From positions 8,370,001-8,434,000 of the forward strand of contig OY740813.1 of the NCBI GenBank assembly GCA_963514005.1: a stretch of DNA of 64,000 nt, in the 5' to 3' direction. The notes beneath the pieces are model-generated. The model was not told where the DNA came from. It did no database searches and worked only from the letters and a program-made list of their open reading frames with translations. Of the stretch, positions 36,116-48,481 are shown in pieces. Numbering within the stretch: the first letter of the stretch is position 1; each line of letters begins with the position of its first letter. The stretch is from Raja brachyura (Eukaryota). A program made the position numbers and the translations under genes.

Positions 36116-36197
36116 GTTTGCCAATAGCCTACCCATCAATGATCCTCTGCAGACAGTGTACCAGTTGATGTCGGGCCGCATGCCAGCTGCAGCCACG
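36116..36197 (+). CDS. SEC16A: SEC16A coding exon 12
   Basis: tttgtAG; FANSLPINDPLQTVYQLMSGRMPAAAT; ACG|GTGAGT; 82 nt. Confidence 0.96.
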
Positions 36198-36309
36198 GTG
36201 AGTCTGATTTGTGCTTTTCAATCTGCTTTTTTTTTAAAAACTATCAGCACTGACTCATCAAACACTTGGCACGGCAGTAGTGCACAGCTTATCTCTGGAG
36301 AAAGTAAGT

Positions 36310-37150
36310 TGTGTTTAGTTTACAATGCAGAAACAGCCCCTTCGGCCCACCAAGTCCGCACCGACCAGCGATCCCCGCACACTTGCATTATCCTACACAC
36401 ACTAGGGACAGTATACAATTAGACCAAGCCAATTATTTTACAAACCGTTAAGTCTTTGGGGTGTGGGAGGAAACCGGAGATCCCAGAGAAAACCCACGCA
36501 GGTCACGGGGAGAACTGACAACACTCGTAGTCAGGATTGAACCCAGAGACAGTGGAAATGTTGGAGACATTACAATTGGAGAGAATTAGATTTATCCTAA
36601 TGGATAAACCTGAGATTTTTGAACAAATATGGTCTCCATTCATTGATTATATGAAGGGGTAGCTGGGCTCAGCATAGAAACTCAATGAGTACACGGTGGA
36701 AAGATCAAACAAAAATGTTTAAGATCAGATTTATATACTTGTCTCTATATATTATAATTAGAAATTGTTCCACTCATTGATAAGTTGTATACCGTTTTCT
36801 TTTCCACAAGTATTTTTATTTTTATTTTTATTTTTTTGTTTTTTGTTTTTGTTTATTTTATTTTTTTTTCTTCTCTCTCTTCTTTATATTAATCAACTAT
36901 AATCATACTCTTATAATTATTCACTATTCTTTCTTTATACTTTTTTCACTCTATAAAAAAAAAGTGAGGCCAATATATATATTTTGTTAACATTTATATA
37001 ATTTTGGAAAGATGTATCAACTATATTTGGAAAAAAATGCTATATTATTTGTTATATGTATGGCCTCTAATAAAAATATATTCAAAAAAAAAAAGGATTG
37101 AACCCAGGTCTCTGGCGCTGGACGGCAGCAACTCTACCGCTGCGTCACCG
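36310..37150 (-). mobile_element. HE1-type SINE split by an L1 insertion
   Basis: SINE body 36310-36546 and head 37094-37150 rejoin at the duplicated AGGATTGAACCCAG. Confidence 0.85.
36547..37093 (+). mobile_element. 5'-truncated L1-clade LINE (ORF2 C-terminus, AT-rich 3' UTR, poly-A) with 14-bp TSD
   Basis: VEMLETLQLERIRFILMDKPEIFEQIWSPFIDYMKG-stop; AATAAA 37069-37074; A-tail; TSD 36533-36546 and 37094-37107. Confidence 0.85.
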
Positions 37151-37512
37151 TTGTCTTGTATCCAAATGTTTTCCTTCTTTTGATCCTTTAGTCATTTTGT
37201 TGTGTGGTCCTCCTTGATTTGATGCCCGTCTCATCCTTTAATCACTTTAGAATCAGACAATTTGATGTGGGGTTGAATTCTGATTACATGCTTGGACTAA
37301 GCAGTTTTGTGTTTTAAAAATGTAGACATTTAGGACATGACCTTTCCTTTAAGCAATTTAGTAATTATTTTTCTGGAAGAAAATTCTATTTTGTTTTCAA
37401 TTAATTCAATTTGGGTGCATTAGGATTTTCAAACAATCTAAATGCTCTAAGGTCCCTTCTTGTGCTAGTTTACCTCTGGGATTTATTTTTGAGTATCGTG
37501 GCATCTTAAATG

Positions 37513-37752
37513 TTTAAGAAGGAACTGCAGATGCTGGAAAATCAAAGGTAGACAATGCTGGAGAAACTCAGCAGGTGAGGCAGCATCTTTGGAGCGAAGG
37601 AAATAGGCGACGTTTCGGGTCGAGTCTGAAGAAGGGTCTCAACCCGAAACATGGCCCATTTCCTTCGCTCCATAGTTGCTGCCTCACTCGCTGAGTTTCT
37701 CCAGCATTTTTGTCTACCTTCGATTTTCCCGCATCTGCAGTTCCATCTTAAA
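37513..37752. mobile_element. Complete fold-back Penelope-derived element with hammerhead core and long TSD
   Basis: End-to-end inverted arms; CTGAAGA-A-GGGTCTCAACCC-GAAAC at 37626-37650; CGTGGCATCTTAAATG duplicated at 37497-37512 and 37753-37768. Confidence 0.85.
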
Positions 37753-38204
37753 CGTGGCATCTTAAATGGTCATTTCCAACACTGGGCTTTACATTCTCTG
37801 GATTTTCCAACATTACCCTGGTGTCATTTCCACAGCTGCAAAGTGCATGTCTGGCGGGAAAGTGCATTGGCGAAAAGGGCGTGATTAGCCTTGCTGGAGA
37901 TCCTTTTGGTAATCGAGTTCTCAGTCAGCACATTTGAAATCAATAGGACATACTTGGGACTGCTTTCAATGAAACGGCACAATGAAAAGTGAAATATTTT
38001 ATCATTGAGCGGTACTAAGAACTACCTATTGAAGAAAATATTATCGGCCTTCCATACTCCACCCACTTCCCAAGTCTTGTTTGCAGACCCACTGTAGTGC
38101 AGTACAGTTGTTCATAGAGTTGGCATGGAAGCAGGGATCTCAGTAACATTAAGACATTTCTAGCCTGTAACGTGCCTGTGTCTTGCTTATTTTTCACCTT
38201 TCAG

Positions 38205-38322
38205 TGTTGTGGAGATGAGAAGTGGGGAGACTGGCGGCCTCACCTTGCCATGGTGCTGTCCAACCTTTCCAACGGACCAGACTTGGACAGAAGAACCATC
38301 ACCACCATGGGAGATACGCTTG
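38205..38322 (+). CDS. SEC16A: SEC16A coding exon 13
   Basis: ctttcAG; CCGDEKWGDWRPHLAMVLSNL...TITTMGDTL; G|GTATGT; 118 nt. Confidence 0.96.
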
Positions 38323-38697
38323 GTATGTTCCAGCTCTACGAATATCTGAAAATAATGATGCTTAATTCCCCCTCCACCGTTTTCTCCTTTTTTCATGAGA
38401 GCCTCCTTTTTAATTGCTTCCTAAAAGTGATGTTTTTCAACCCTTTTGATGGTGATACGTAAAGTCAAAGAGTTAAGCCAGCCCAAGAATGAAAACTGTC
38501 CCAATAGTCCTTCCATGCTTGTAAACAAATCTAATAATTTTTATTTGAAGTGTGCAAAAATACTTTAATCCATTTAGTACATTTAATCAATTTTCGTACA
38601 AAATGTAGCAGAAATCTGGAATCCTCCTCAAAAAAAAGTTGTGAGGTTGGTGAGGGGGGTAATTGTAATGTTCATGGAGGTTTGTGGCTAAATCGCG

Positions 38698-38905
38698 ACA
38701 AAGAACCGCAGATGCTGTAAACTTGAGCAAAACACAAAGTACTGGAGGAAGTTGACGGGTCAGTCAGCATTTGTTGAAGGAACAGATAAATGATGTTTTG
38801 CGTCGAGAGTCTTCGGACTCTGAAGAAGGGTTCATGTACAAAACATCGCCTATCCGTTCGCTCCACAGATGTTGTCTGACTCGCTGAGTTCCTCCAGCAC
38901 TTTAT
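38698..38905. mobile_element. Fold-back Penelope-derived element (diverged)
   Basis: Inverted arms around ctgaagaagggttcatgtacaaaacatc. Confidence 0.7.
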
Positions 38906-39017
38906 ATTGTGGCGAAATGTAGATTGAGTGTATTCTCATGAAATGGCAAAGTAGGTTTCAGGGGCTGAATGAAGGTATGAAGACAATGTTAACAGCTGTG
39001 ATCCTCTTTCCTTGTAG

Positions 39018-39129
39018 CTGTCAAGGGATTATTAGATGCCTCTCATTTCTGTTACCTGATGGCACAGGTTGGATTTGGAGTCTACACTAGAAAATCCACA
39101 AAACTTGTTCTGATTGGTTCAAATCACAG
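39018..39129 (+). CDS. SEC16A: SEC16A coding exon 14
   Basis: cttgtAG; [36 protein letters not shown](S); AG|GTGAGC; 112 nt. Confidence 0.96.
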
Positions 39130-40311
39130 GTGAGCCTTGTATTTACTACCCAGGTAAGAAGCAACTCATTAACTTTAACGCCTTGGAATCCCAGACTGAG
39201 GTGTTCTCTTATAAATGTACTAGCCATCTTATGCATAGCAAATCGTAAGGGAAATTTAAAAAAAAAGAGAATAAGACTTGAGAGGATACGTTTTGGTGGC
39301 ATTTTGAGAAATGTTAGGCGGGAACCCCAGGGGCAATTTCCTTCTGCACTTCCAGCAAGGGGTGAGGGGGGTGGACCTTTCTTGTCCACCCCTTGCCACA
39401 AAGACTTCCACAGTTGAATCTCCTTCAGTATTACACAGGATTTGTTTGCCCCAATTGAGTTTAACTGCATGCTACAAATCAGCAGTTCCCGAATTCAGAG
39501 AAAAAAATGCTACAAGATGTGCCATATCTGGGCTGTAAGTGTGAAATCAAATCTGAAACCTGGTATTTTTGGCATGTGTAAGATTTCTGATATGGAGAAT
39601 AGCTTTGTCATGCTGACAAGAGAAGCCACCTGAGGAGAGCTAGATCTCCCGTTGGGACTTGGTGAGGCTTTGTTAGACAGTTGGTCGTATGCCCTGCGTA
39701 TAATCCCAGTTTCAACACAGTGCTCTTTCACTTGGCTGTGAAATCACTAGGCCACGAGTATTGGATGTCTTTTCAACTTGTCCGCTCTTCGCGGTAATAA
39801 ATACAGTACAGTTCTATGATTGTTATCCTGGTTCGCTGGCGCTTTATTGCAGATGAGCTTCACGTATTTATGTGGTGCTTCTCCTTGATGTCTGAGCCAT
39901 CAAGCCAATGAACATGGCAGCCAAATATACAGAGCAAGAACCAAAATGTAATCATCTTGGGTGGTTGAATGGTCTGGAAAAGAGCCCCCTTGCTGTTCCT
40001 CGGAATAGTCCGATGTGAGGACACGGCTTTCATTTAATTTATTTTACAAAAAGTGTGATCTTTCCCAATGGCGGCCGTATAGAGTGGCTGCAGCACTAGT
40101 GCACAACACTCCACTGCAAATCCAGGAGTGGGCTAGGATCTTCAGCATGCTTTTGTGTGGGATATTAACTGGTCCTGATAAGGATGGACATTTGCTTGGT
40201 GTTCAATTTTACGTCTGCAATGTGGCAGAACCAAAAACAGCAGTAATTTAATAATGACTACATCAAACGGCAGTTTTCAGATTATGTTCTGAAATTTGTT
40301 TTTACTTTCAG

Positions 40312-40417
40312 TTGGCCATTTCTGAAATTTGCTTCAAATGAAGCCATCCAGCGCACAGAGGCTTACGAGTATGCACAGGCTTTGGGCAGCCAAACGTGCT
40401 TCCTTCCCAACTTTCAG
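40312..40417 (+). CDS. SEC16A: SEC16A coding exon 15
   Basis: ctttcAG; WPFLKFASNEAIQRTEAYEYAQALGSQTCFLPNFQ; CAG|GTATGG; 106 nt. Confidence 0.96.
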
Positions 40418-40557
40418 GTATGGGAAATTCGAAGTCATGTTTATGCTGGCCCCCAAAATCCTCCCTCCCATACAAAGCTCCTTGTTACTTAAAAATGGCA
40501 ATTTGTCGTGGTTTGACTACTTGCTTTTGTAATGTGAACTTTGTTTCAACCTCTTAG

Positions 40558-40698
40558 GTGTTTAAATTCATTTACGCATGTCGACTGGCTGAGATGGGCT
40601 TGGCGGCACAAGCGTTTCACTATTGTGAAGTCATTTCAAGAACCATCCTCAGGAATCCAGCCTATTATTCACCCGTATTATTGGGGCAGCTCATTCAG
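40558..40698 (+). CDS. SEC16A: SEC16A coding exon 16
   Basis: ctcttAG; VFKFIYACRLAEMGLAAQAFHYCEVISRTI...LLGQLIQ; CAG|GTAGGA; 141 nt. Confidence 0.96.
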
Positions 40699-43104
40699 GT
40701 AGGATAATTGACTAGAATGTAAATATGTTTTTCAACAACATGGCTCTCCCAGAAGCCAAAGGGCCATGAATGTAAGATAAACACAATGAAACATTTGAGT
40801 GGCTCTTTACCGCAGAGAAGTGAAAATGCCCATGAGGCAAAAAAAATGGATGCATTTAAGGGGAAAATATATAAAACTAGAGAAACGAATGCAAGATTAT
40901 GCCAGTCATGTGATGTGCAGAAAGATGGGAATAGCTTGTAAAGGATAAACAACATGGCGACCCTGCGGAGCTGAATGATCATTTTCAGCGAAGTCCATGC
41001 AATTATAAGCAGCAGTGACCACAGCCCTTTCGTATGCTACTGACACAGATACCATCAACTCCACCTCTGCAAAATCTTCCATGGGAGGTTAAGTAATAAA
41101 TGAACATAAATGTTTCTCACTGGCCATTCATGGTGATGCATTATCTTGTGTTCCTTTTGGGAACATACAGAAGTTCAGTGCACCCAGTGGAAAGAGCAGC
41201 TTTCAGACCACCCACCCGGCATACGCATCACACACTACCTGCTGCACCTGTGGCTGAGACCACCGGATCATCCATATCATCAGCCACCTTAAAATCCAGA
41301 GACAAGCCAAATCACCCTCAATGCCATTAAGAAAGGAATTCTGAAAACGTAATACGTGCCACGGTGCAGCATTGTACCAATGGCGTGTACCGTGTGTGAT
41401 TGATGGAGGTCAACATGGGTAAGGATGTGCTTAGAGCTCTTGGTGAAGGGAGGGGATGAATACCAACCAGGGAGTTGCCACCTGCTACAGTTAGATGCAA
41501 TAAGCATTGTTGCGAGTTGGGGGCTTGGTATACTAAAGTGATGGAGACATAGAGTTTTGAAACGGGCACTGTGGCTCTCTGAAACTGCATTGACCATCAG
41601 CTACCATTTTACATAAATCATACATTAATTTCACTTTGTTCTATTCTCCCAATGTTTCCATCAACTTCCCCTAATTTTCCTATTTACTGGGGGCAATTTA
41701 CTGTAGTCAGTTAACTTACCCACCCACATATCTTGCGGGAGGAGCACCGGAGGAAAACAGCACAGGTACAGGGAGAATGCACAATCTCCACACAGGCAAT
41801 ACTCGAGGTTACAATCAAACCTTTCTCTTTGGGTCTATGAAGCAGGAGCTATACTATCTGTGCCACTGAGCCTCTTTTGTTTTTGGAAGGTCTCTTGCCC
41901 ATGCTGAAGTGACTCTTTCAATCTTAGAACAACGGAGTTGTTGGGAGCGATATCACTGCGATTTTGATGTCAAACTGGGTGGAGATGCAATCTGAAATGT
42001 TTGTGTGTTCTCGCTGTGGTGCTAGATCAAGTCAGGTGGGTGGGGGCTGGCATCTCCACGAGGGACAAAATAAATGCCCTGCAGACTAATGTGAGCGAGA
42101 TCTGGAATATGACAAGGGGCTGTGAAGGAGATTTCCATCCTATGGTCAGTAAACAATGTTTAGCCACGAGGAAAAGGTAGCTCTCCCCTTTTATATCGTG
42201 AGCTGATGGAGGTTGACCGGGAATGGGATAGAGCTATCCAAGCAGTTGGGATACCTGACCTTCGCGCACAGTATGTGATCAGATGATGCGAATAGGATTG
42301 ACCTTTGTCTTTGGTCATGTCTTTGGTCAGAGTCTTTTACCACGACTCTGCTCTTGAGCAATGTCGACCTGTGCTGCTAATGATTCTGGATCTGTTCCAT
42401 GTCAAGAATGTCTTCCTGACAGATGGAGAGATTCAATACAAGACGGTGTGTCAAGGAAAGTTAATCAGTAGCATTCAGTTGATTTGAATCATTCATGTTA
42501 CTACTAAATCTATTCCACCACGGTATGGTTGTGTTGGGCTTCCAAATCAAACAACTGAAAGGTTAGGAATTCACAATCTACTGTCGCCAATTACAACACA
42601 CTGTTCTCTAACCCGTGGCCTGGCAGCAGAAAAAAAGCTCTAAATGTGTGGCTGGTGAGCTACATTTTAGAACGCTAACGGCTGAGAGAAGGTCAGCAAA
42701 AGCCAGGGTGCAAACAAATGTGCAAGAACGAGAATTGTTCATGGAGCAGAGAAAGTTAAGGGAAAGCAATAAATTGATGGGAAACATGGTGCCACGATAA
42801 GATAAGCTCACCTGCCTGCACGTGATCGACATTCCTCAATTGCCTGCATTGTCACGTACCTATCTAAAAGCATTTTAAATGCCACGATTGTGTCTGCCAC
42901 CAGCACCCCTGGCAACGTGTTCCAGCCATCCATCGCCCTCAGTGTGTGGGGGGGGTGGGGAACTCGCCCTGCACATCTCCTTTAAACTTTGCCCCTCCAC
43001 TTTAAAGTTTAATACCCATGAAGTAAAAAGCAGCTATTCTTACCCAGTGCAGCCTACGGTTGACTCCAGTTTACACATGATTGGAAATGAAGCTCAGCAA
43101 ATCA

Positions 43105-43942
43105 GTTCAATACAAGATACATTTATTTGTCACGTGTGCCAATTGGCACAGTGAAATGAAATCGCCATACAGTCATACAGTAAAGATAAAGAACACAACA
43201 TAGCGTTGATAGAATTCAACATAAAACATCCCCACACAGCAGGATCAAAGTTTCCCACTGTGAGGGAAGGCGCCAAAGTCAGTCTCTTCCTCAGATGTTC
43301 CCCACTGTTCACCCGTGGTCGGGGCCTCCCCGAGCCCTCCACAGTCGCCGCTACGGGCGGCCCGATGTTCAGGCCCGCTCGCCGGGGTGATGTAAGTCCA
43401 TCGTCGGGGCTGGGGGAGGTCCTCAGCGGCCTGGAACACGAGTCGGCCCCCTCCTACCGGAGTCCGCAGCTCCCAAAGTCCGCAGGGCGCGTCAGGCAGA
43501 GATGCAACGCTGGCAGCCCTCGGCAAAGGGCCCCAGGACTCCACGATGATGGTTAGCGCCACCCGCGTTGGAAGCTCTCCAAACCAGAGCTCCACGGTGT
43601 TGGAGCAGTGGCCCAACGCTCCGGAGCTCCAAACGGCGACCCTGGTGGGCATTGCCCGCTCCGCGGTGAATCCAGCGCCGCGCCGCCGCTGTTGCAGCTC
43701 TGGTCCGGTTCCCGGTCCCCGGCACGAGGCGGCGCAGGGTGGGGGGCGAGGACGCGACTCTGAGAAACAGTCGCGTCCCCACCAGGAGGCGACTGGGAGT
43801 TAGTTTCCCCCGTACCCTGCCCCCCCCTCCCCCACATATTAAAGTTAAAGACTCCCCCACAAACAAACTTTAAACTGACTAAAATTTAAAAAAGATGGAA
43901 AAACAAACGGGCTGCAGGCAGAGTCAGTGCAGCGCCCCTAGT
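43105..43942 (-). mobile_element. GC-rich non-autonomous retroelement (copy B)
   Basis: Same architecture as 15722-16410: CACTAGGGGCGCTGCAC head, T-rich then G-rich block, hairpin, CpG-rich body, tail tgtgccaattggcaca...AATAAA. Confidence 0.72.
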
Positions 43943-44098
43943 GACTATCAATGGGAGATCATTTGAGATGAGCAGTTGCTACTCTGGTAGAAACCAAGAG
44001 CAGTTATATAACAGGATTTATTAATTATATTTTGATTATATTAATACTCATTTTTTTCTCTTCTCCCATCACTATTTGGTCTCATTGTGCTCCAATAG

Positions 44099-44212
44099 AT
44101 TTCGTCTCAGCTGAGATTCTCTGACCCTCAGTCAAAGGAAAGATCTGAACAGGAGTTGCATATGGAGCCAGATTGGATTCAACAGCTCAGACAAATTGAA
44201 ATCCAGATAAAG
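44099..44212 (+). CDS. SEC16A: SEC16A coding exon 17 (end of central conserved domain)
   Basis: caatAG; ISSQLRFSDPQSKERSEQELHMEPDWIQQLRQIEIQIK; AAG|GTGAGA; 114 nt. Confidence 0.94.
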
Positions 44213-44312
44213 GTGAGATTTGATTTTTGTGCACTGCTGGCACCTTTTTTTCCCCCCTAGTTCCCTGATCTTTCCGCTCACCAGATCTCTATCTTTTTTG
44301 TTCTTCCTCCAG

Positions 44313-44523
44313 GACGGTGGCTTTGCGTGTGGGTCAGGCAGAGCCACTCCCCAGCCGTTCTGCTCCAGCACCCCTAGTTCAGAGTATGATCAGATGCACC
44401 ATGCTGAAGAGCTTCCCACTGGCTCCCAGGAGGAGGTCACAAGAATGGAGAACCCACTGATGACATCTTTTGTACCAGATGCAGGATCGACAGAAGTGCC
44501 TGGAGTCCAGCTCATGCCAGCAG
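44313..44523 (+). CDS. SEC16A: SEC16A coding exon 18
   Basis: cttcctccAG; DGGFACGSGRATPQPFCSSTPSSEYDQ...ENPLMTS...GVQLMPA; G|GTATCT; 211 nt. Confidence 0.92.
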
Positions 44524-44768
44524 GTATCTGAAAAGTACAAAACATGGCCCATATTTTTCTACATTTCACCTACAAAATTACGTTGAACCCCTTTGTACTA
44601 GTATCAAAGCTGAATAAAAGTTGCTACCTGCTTCATTCACCTTGCACTTTCAACATCTCCTATCGTTCTGTCATCCTATTTAAATGCATCTTATACTATT
44701 TAATTTGCTTGCAAATTGCAGTGGTTAGCATGTTCACCTTAACTTTCCCTCAAAAGTTACATTATTTA

Positions 44769-45140
44769 TAGAAACATAGAAAATAGGTGCAGGAGTAGGC
44801 CATTCGGCCCTTCGAGCCTGCACCGCCATTCAATGTGATCATGGCTGATCATCCAACTCAGTATCCCATACCTGCCTTCTCTCCATACCCCCTGATCCCC
44901 TTAGCCACAAGGGCCACATCTAACTCCCTCTTAAATATAGCCAATTAACTGGCCTCAACTACCTTGTGTGGCAGAGAATTCCAGAGATTCGCCACTCTCT
45001 GCGTGAAAAATGTTTTTCTCATCTCGGTCCTAAAAGACTTCCCCCTTATCCTTAAACTGTGACCCCTTGCTCTGGACTTCCCCAACATTGGGAACAATCT
45101 TCCTGCATCTAGCTTCCTGCATCTGCACAATCTTCCTGCA
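44769..45140 (-). mobile_element. Young CR1 LINE 3' end
   Basis: LDAGRLFPMLGKSRARGHSLRIRGKSFRTEMRKTFFTQRV plus CR1 tail. Confidence 0.9.
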
Positions 45141-45784
45141 TCTGCATCCTACATGGCACTGTTTCGTTGTTGCTCCACAATCCTGGAGCTGCCTCCTTGA
45201 GAGACCACAGACTTCAGTGGTCTGAAGTCTACAGTCTTCACAGTGTAGACAGTAATAACATTGTGTTCGCCTCAAAGGACAATCGGACTTGGCCATGTCA
45301 TTCATCCCCTGCCAGTCGCCGAGCCTCAAGGAATTTCTCTCCGTGAGAGAACATATTTTGATTGCCTTGTATCTAAATAGCCTGTGATCATTGAAATTGA
45401 ATTGATGACCCCCAGCTTCAGAGAGATTCCTTGGGTGTGATAATGTATAAGATTTTCCACACTCGTGAAAATTTAAAATTGTCTCCCCCAAAATGATGTT
45501 AATAATGAATAAATCAGAACTGAGATTATGGATTTTTGTTCAGCAGAGTTTCATAAATTATAGGAGCAGAATTGGGCCCATCAAGTTTACGTCGTCATTC
45601 AATCATGGCTGATCTATCTTTCCATCTCAACGAGTTTATTACTGTTTGTGTGATCAAGGCAGGAAATGAAGTCATGAAGAATAAACTAGAATGATGTGCT
45701 CCTGTTCCTTTTGTTACAGCTTCCACATTGGATCATCCTTGCCTCTTCCTGTGTTTGCTCCTATTTGCTTTGTTTTTCTTGTAG

Positions 45785-46033
45785 CTCCTCATGCTATACT
45801 GGATGGGAGGTTGATGGCAGCCCCACCCTCACAGTCTGTAACTGATGGCACCGTTCCGCTGTATTCACCCACTCATAGTTCACCTGGCTTTCCAGGACAA
45901 TCGCCCAACTCCGCTTTCAGGCAACCTTGCGATCTGTCGAAAGGCCCCTTTTCTCCAGGATTGTCCGGGCCTCCGCCTGGACCCCCGGTAGAGCCACTGC
46001 CGACTGTGCAAGAACAGGTTCACGTCAATGCAG
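45785..46033 (+). CDS. SEC16A: SEC16A coding exon 19
   Basis: ttcttgtAG; PHAILDG...VPLYSP...EQVHVNA; G|GTTAGT; 249 nt, phase 1 to 1. Confidence 0.88.
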
Positions 46034-46067
46034 GTTAGTGCAAAGTGGCAGATATATGGGTGGGGGT

Positions 46068-46215
46068 AAACATAGAAACATAGAAAATAGGTGCAGGAGG
46101 AGGCCATTCGGCCCTTCGAGCCAGCACTGCCATTCATTGTGATCATGGCTGATCGTCCCCTATCAATAACCTGTGCCTGCCTTCTCCCTAAATCCCTTGA
46201 CTCCACTAGCCCCTA
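46068..46215 (-). mobile_element. Short CR1 3' end
   Basis: aaacatagaaacatagaaaataggtgcaggaggaggcc tail. Confidence 0.85.
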
Positions 46216-46514
46216 GGGTACTAGATTTGGAGCAGGTAATAGGGCATCTAAACTGCATTGGGAAATTAGTAACTTGACAGTACTCAGGATACAAGGTGCA
46301 TTTGTAGCCACTTTCACAACGTCACACCTAAATCATTTCCATGTAAATATTTATTGAAATGTAATTGTATTCGTCTAATGAAATGCTTCATCTAATTTAT
46401 GCGGGCAACTTCACCCCGACAAAACTTTAATGATTTGATCATCTAAAAATAGCATATCTGGACTATTTGGACAAGCAATGATTTCTTCTACCTTTGATGC
46501 TGAGAATTTAGCGT

Positions 46515-46770
46515 TACAACATGGAAACAGGCCCATCGGCCCACTAACCATTGATCACCCGTTCACACTAGTTGTGTGTTATTCCACTTTCTCATCCACT
46601 CCTTGCGCATTAGAGGCAATTTAGAGGCCAGTGAACTGACAAACTAGAGTACCTCCATGCGGTCACAGGGAGAACATGCAATCTCCACACAGACAGCACT
46701 TGAGGTTAAGTCAGTCAACCTGTGTTTCTGGCACGGCGGAGCAGCAGCTGTGCCATTGTGCTGCCAAGAT
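46515..46770 (-). mobile_element. Diverged HE1-type SINE (similar copies at 41620-41870, 55868-56145, 63830-64000)
   Basis: ggaaacaggccc tail, gtcacagggagaacatgcaatctccacacagacagcac core. Confidence 0.7.
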
Positions 46771-47204
46771 GGGGAATTTTCAATGCAAGCAATAGATTTG
46801 GATTTTTACTTGAAAAAACTGGTCTCGTGGTCAGTGAAAACCTTTTTTCTTTTAATAACTTTTGATTCACAGATGTCCTTCAGAGAAGCAAGTCTTCTAT
46901 CCTTACTATTATGCTTCCACACACAAATGTGGTTGATACATAATTTCCAGTGGCAGATTAAGGACTGGTAATAAGTGCTGTCCATACCTGAAATTTAAAA
47001 TTTAAAAATCTTGTTGGCGGATGGATGTTAACTCGACCATTAGGAACGAATTTGCTTTTTGAGATTTTTCAATTGAAGATTAATTTAGAGTTCTGAGAGC
47101 AAATGGCCTCTTGCGATTATTTCTATAGTTATCAAAGAAATCAAATCTTGATGGCATGATAAAACTTCCAACTTCCTGTGCAGTAATTTTCTCCCCTTTC
47201 TCAG

Positions 47205-47305
47205 GATCTCCAGACATGAATTCCATCAATCACCAAATATCGCCAAAAAGACACAGCTTCGGGGAAGCCGGGCAGCAGGATTTCTATGATCAAATGGCCA
47301 AAATG
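47205..47305 (+). CDS. SEC16A: SEC16A coding exon 20
   Basis: ctttctcAG; SPDMNSINHQISPKRHSFGEAGQQDFYDQMAKM; ATG|GTAAGG; 101 nt. Confidence 0.9.
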
Positions 47306-48433
47306 GTAAGGTAGCTAGGTTCTAATCACCAAATAATCATTTGTTTCAAATGTCACTGGGTAAATGCGCTGCGCTGGCCTTATCCTGTACTATTGAAGGT
47401 GTGGCATTGAACATTGTGAAAAACTCCCCTATTCTCCGTGTAGAAGACCACCTTATCTGATCCTTTTCCTAGCATTGTGTTGACAGTTTGTTTGCTGATT
47501 TTGAATGCATGTTTAGTGCTATTATCCTTGGAGTCTAGGGAAGAAGAATTAAAGCTGGCAGTTTATGATGCAGTACTGTGGAGTGTGCCCTGGACCTCAT
47601 GATTTGGAGCCATTCAGTTTGTTAGCATAATCTATCTTACTGAAAAAAAAAGTATTGCATTATTTTAAATAGTTGTTTTTTGCTAAATTCTCCCAGTAGT
47701 TGATGTCTGGTTACACACGAGTTGAGGGGGGACCAATATGGGCGTTGTCTATTCGGTCTGTCCTATTATTAGTCTCTGCCTACTCGCTCCTGCTCTTCTT
47801 TTCTGATTGGCCTATTGCAACTTCCTTTTATTAATGTTGGACTATCTAGTTTGTTGTGCCTCATCTTCTCTCTTGCTTTCGTCCTTTGATTTTTGAAGAG
47901 TGGTGACATATTCGCCACTTTCCATTCATGGGAACTGTTGAAAAGTCAGTGAATCCTTTGAAGATGACAACTATGTACATCTGCTATCTCCAGGGCCAGG
48001 TTTATTAAAACCTTGGGTGGTGTGAATGTGGAATTTGTTACTGTAGAGAGTAGTAGAGAAACTGCATTTAGGAGGGAGGAGGAAAAACAAGTTGCACTGC
48101 AACATTGAGGAAAGGCAGAAAGTGGCTCAAGTGGAGCATAAATACCGGCAAGGACTGTTTGGGCCAAATAGTCTTCTGCTCCCCATGTCTTCTAAAGGCT
48201 CTGAGATTTAGCCCACAGCCAGTGCTGTTCCGTTTCTAATGGCCATTTATCATGCAAGAAACTCAGCAAGTCTTTAACTGTGGAATGCACAATGTCCTCC
48301 AAGGTCATTAGCCATGTCCTGTCCCCATCAGTTGCAGTCCCAGTCATCATGTGAAGGGACCTGAATGTGAAGGTAAGCTTATCTCAATGTCCTTGTAGTG
48401 GTTAACACCGCTGAACGTTTGTGTCTGAAGCAG

Positions 48434-48481
48434 GCCCCGGGAAGAAGATCAAGGTCAGCGTCTCAGTCATCTTTGCACATG
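48434..48481 (+). CDS. SEC16A: SEC16A coding exon 21 (48-nt probable cassette exon)
   Basis: aagcAG; APGRRSRSASQSSLHM; ATG|GTACGC; symmetric phase 0-0. Confidence 0.75.

Noticed and set aside
43130-43866. Overlapping 85-135 aa ORFs (also 15861-16377)
   Set aside because: GC-rich repeat body with ORFs on both strands and no protein similarity between the two related copies.
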